Shown here piece by piece: positions 63,496 through 64,000 of a stretch of 64,000 nucleotides of DNA. Numbering within the stretch: the stretch's first letter is position 1; every line of letters starts with the position of its first letter. This DNA comes from Octopus sinensis (taxonomy: Eukaryota), in the NCBI RefSeq assembly GCF_006345805.1, contig NC_043010.1, forward strand, positions 50,840,001-50,904,000, given 5' to 3'. The notes under the pieces were generated by a model, which had not been told where the DNA came from, made no database searches, and was given only the letters and a program-made list of their open reading frames with translations. A program made the position numbers and the translations under genes.

Positions 63496-64000
63496 TATGT
63501 GTGTGTGTATGTGTGTGCACATGCATGCAGACAAGTATGTGTGTGTGTGTGTGTGATGATGATGATGTGTGTGTGTGTAAATTTATGTATATAATTTAGA
63601 GAAAAACCTCTATTAAACAATACAATAATGAAAGATGTTATTCATACCATATAGAAAATAGTAGTAAAAAGACTACACTGTACAAAAAAACAATAAATAA
63701 ATAGTATATTCATAAATATATTATAAATAATATATTTGTGTCTCCTTGTCTTGCTTATTGCATAATGGTTGTAAATGGATGTCATTCATTTCCAATATCT
63801 TTCAAAATCATGTTTGGCCATGGATAAAAAAGTAAAGGTTGGTAATAGAAAAGGCATCCAGCTGTAGAAAATCTGCCTCACTAAACTCCATCTAACCCAT
63901 GCAAGCATGGAAAAGTGGATGTTAAAACAATGATGATGATGGTTTCTGCTTTTCTATGTCTTTCATAATTATTCCAAACTAGCAGTATCGCCCGGCGTTG

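Overview
AT-rich eukaryotic genomic DNA, very probably from an octopod cephalopod (inferred from the SINE families and the tandem C2H2 zinc-finger cluster; not database-confirmed). Left two-thirds: four paralogous finger-only C2H2-ZNF loci (ORFs of 9, 7, 11 and 9 fingers; orientations -,+,+,-), each with the same upstream non-coding block and decayed fingers at the ends. The fourth locus is followed by a nested duplication containing a 78-bp minisatellite built from half a finger. Right end: the first five coding exons of TRAPPC12 (TTC15) on the + strand. The rest is dense in mobile DNA: at least four SINE families, RTE, CR1, RLE-type and Tx1/L1-like LINE fragments, non-autonomous Helitrons, a Tc2-like MITE, piggyBac-like MITEs, GG..CC elements with 8-bp TSDs (including a 1.9-kb foldback), and Penelope-type remnants with minimal hammerhead ribozyme motifs. 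Most notable: the hammerhead motifs, the foldback element, the half-finger minisatellite, and a shared 3' tail linking the most abundant SINE to an internally deleted Tx1/L1-like LINE. All coordinates were read by eye; repeat boundaries are approximate unless TSDs are quoted.
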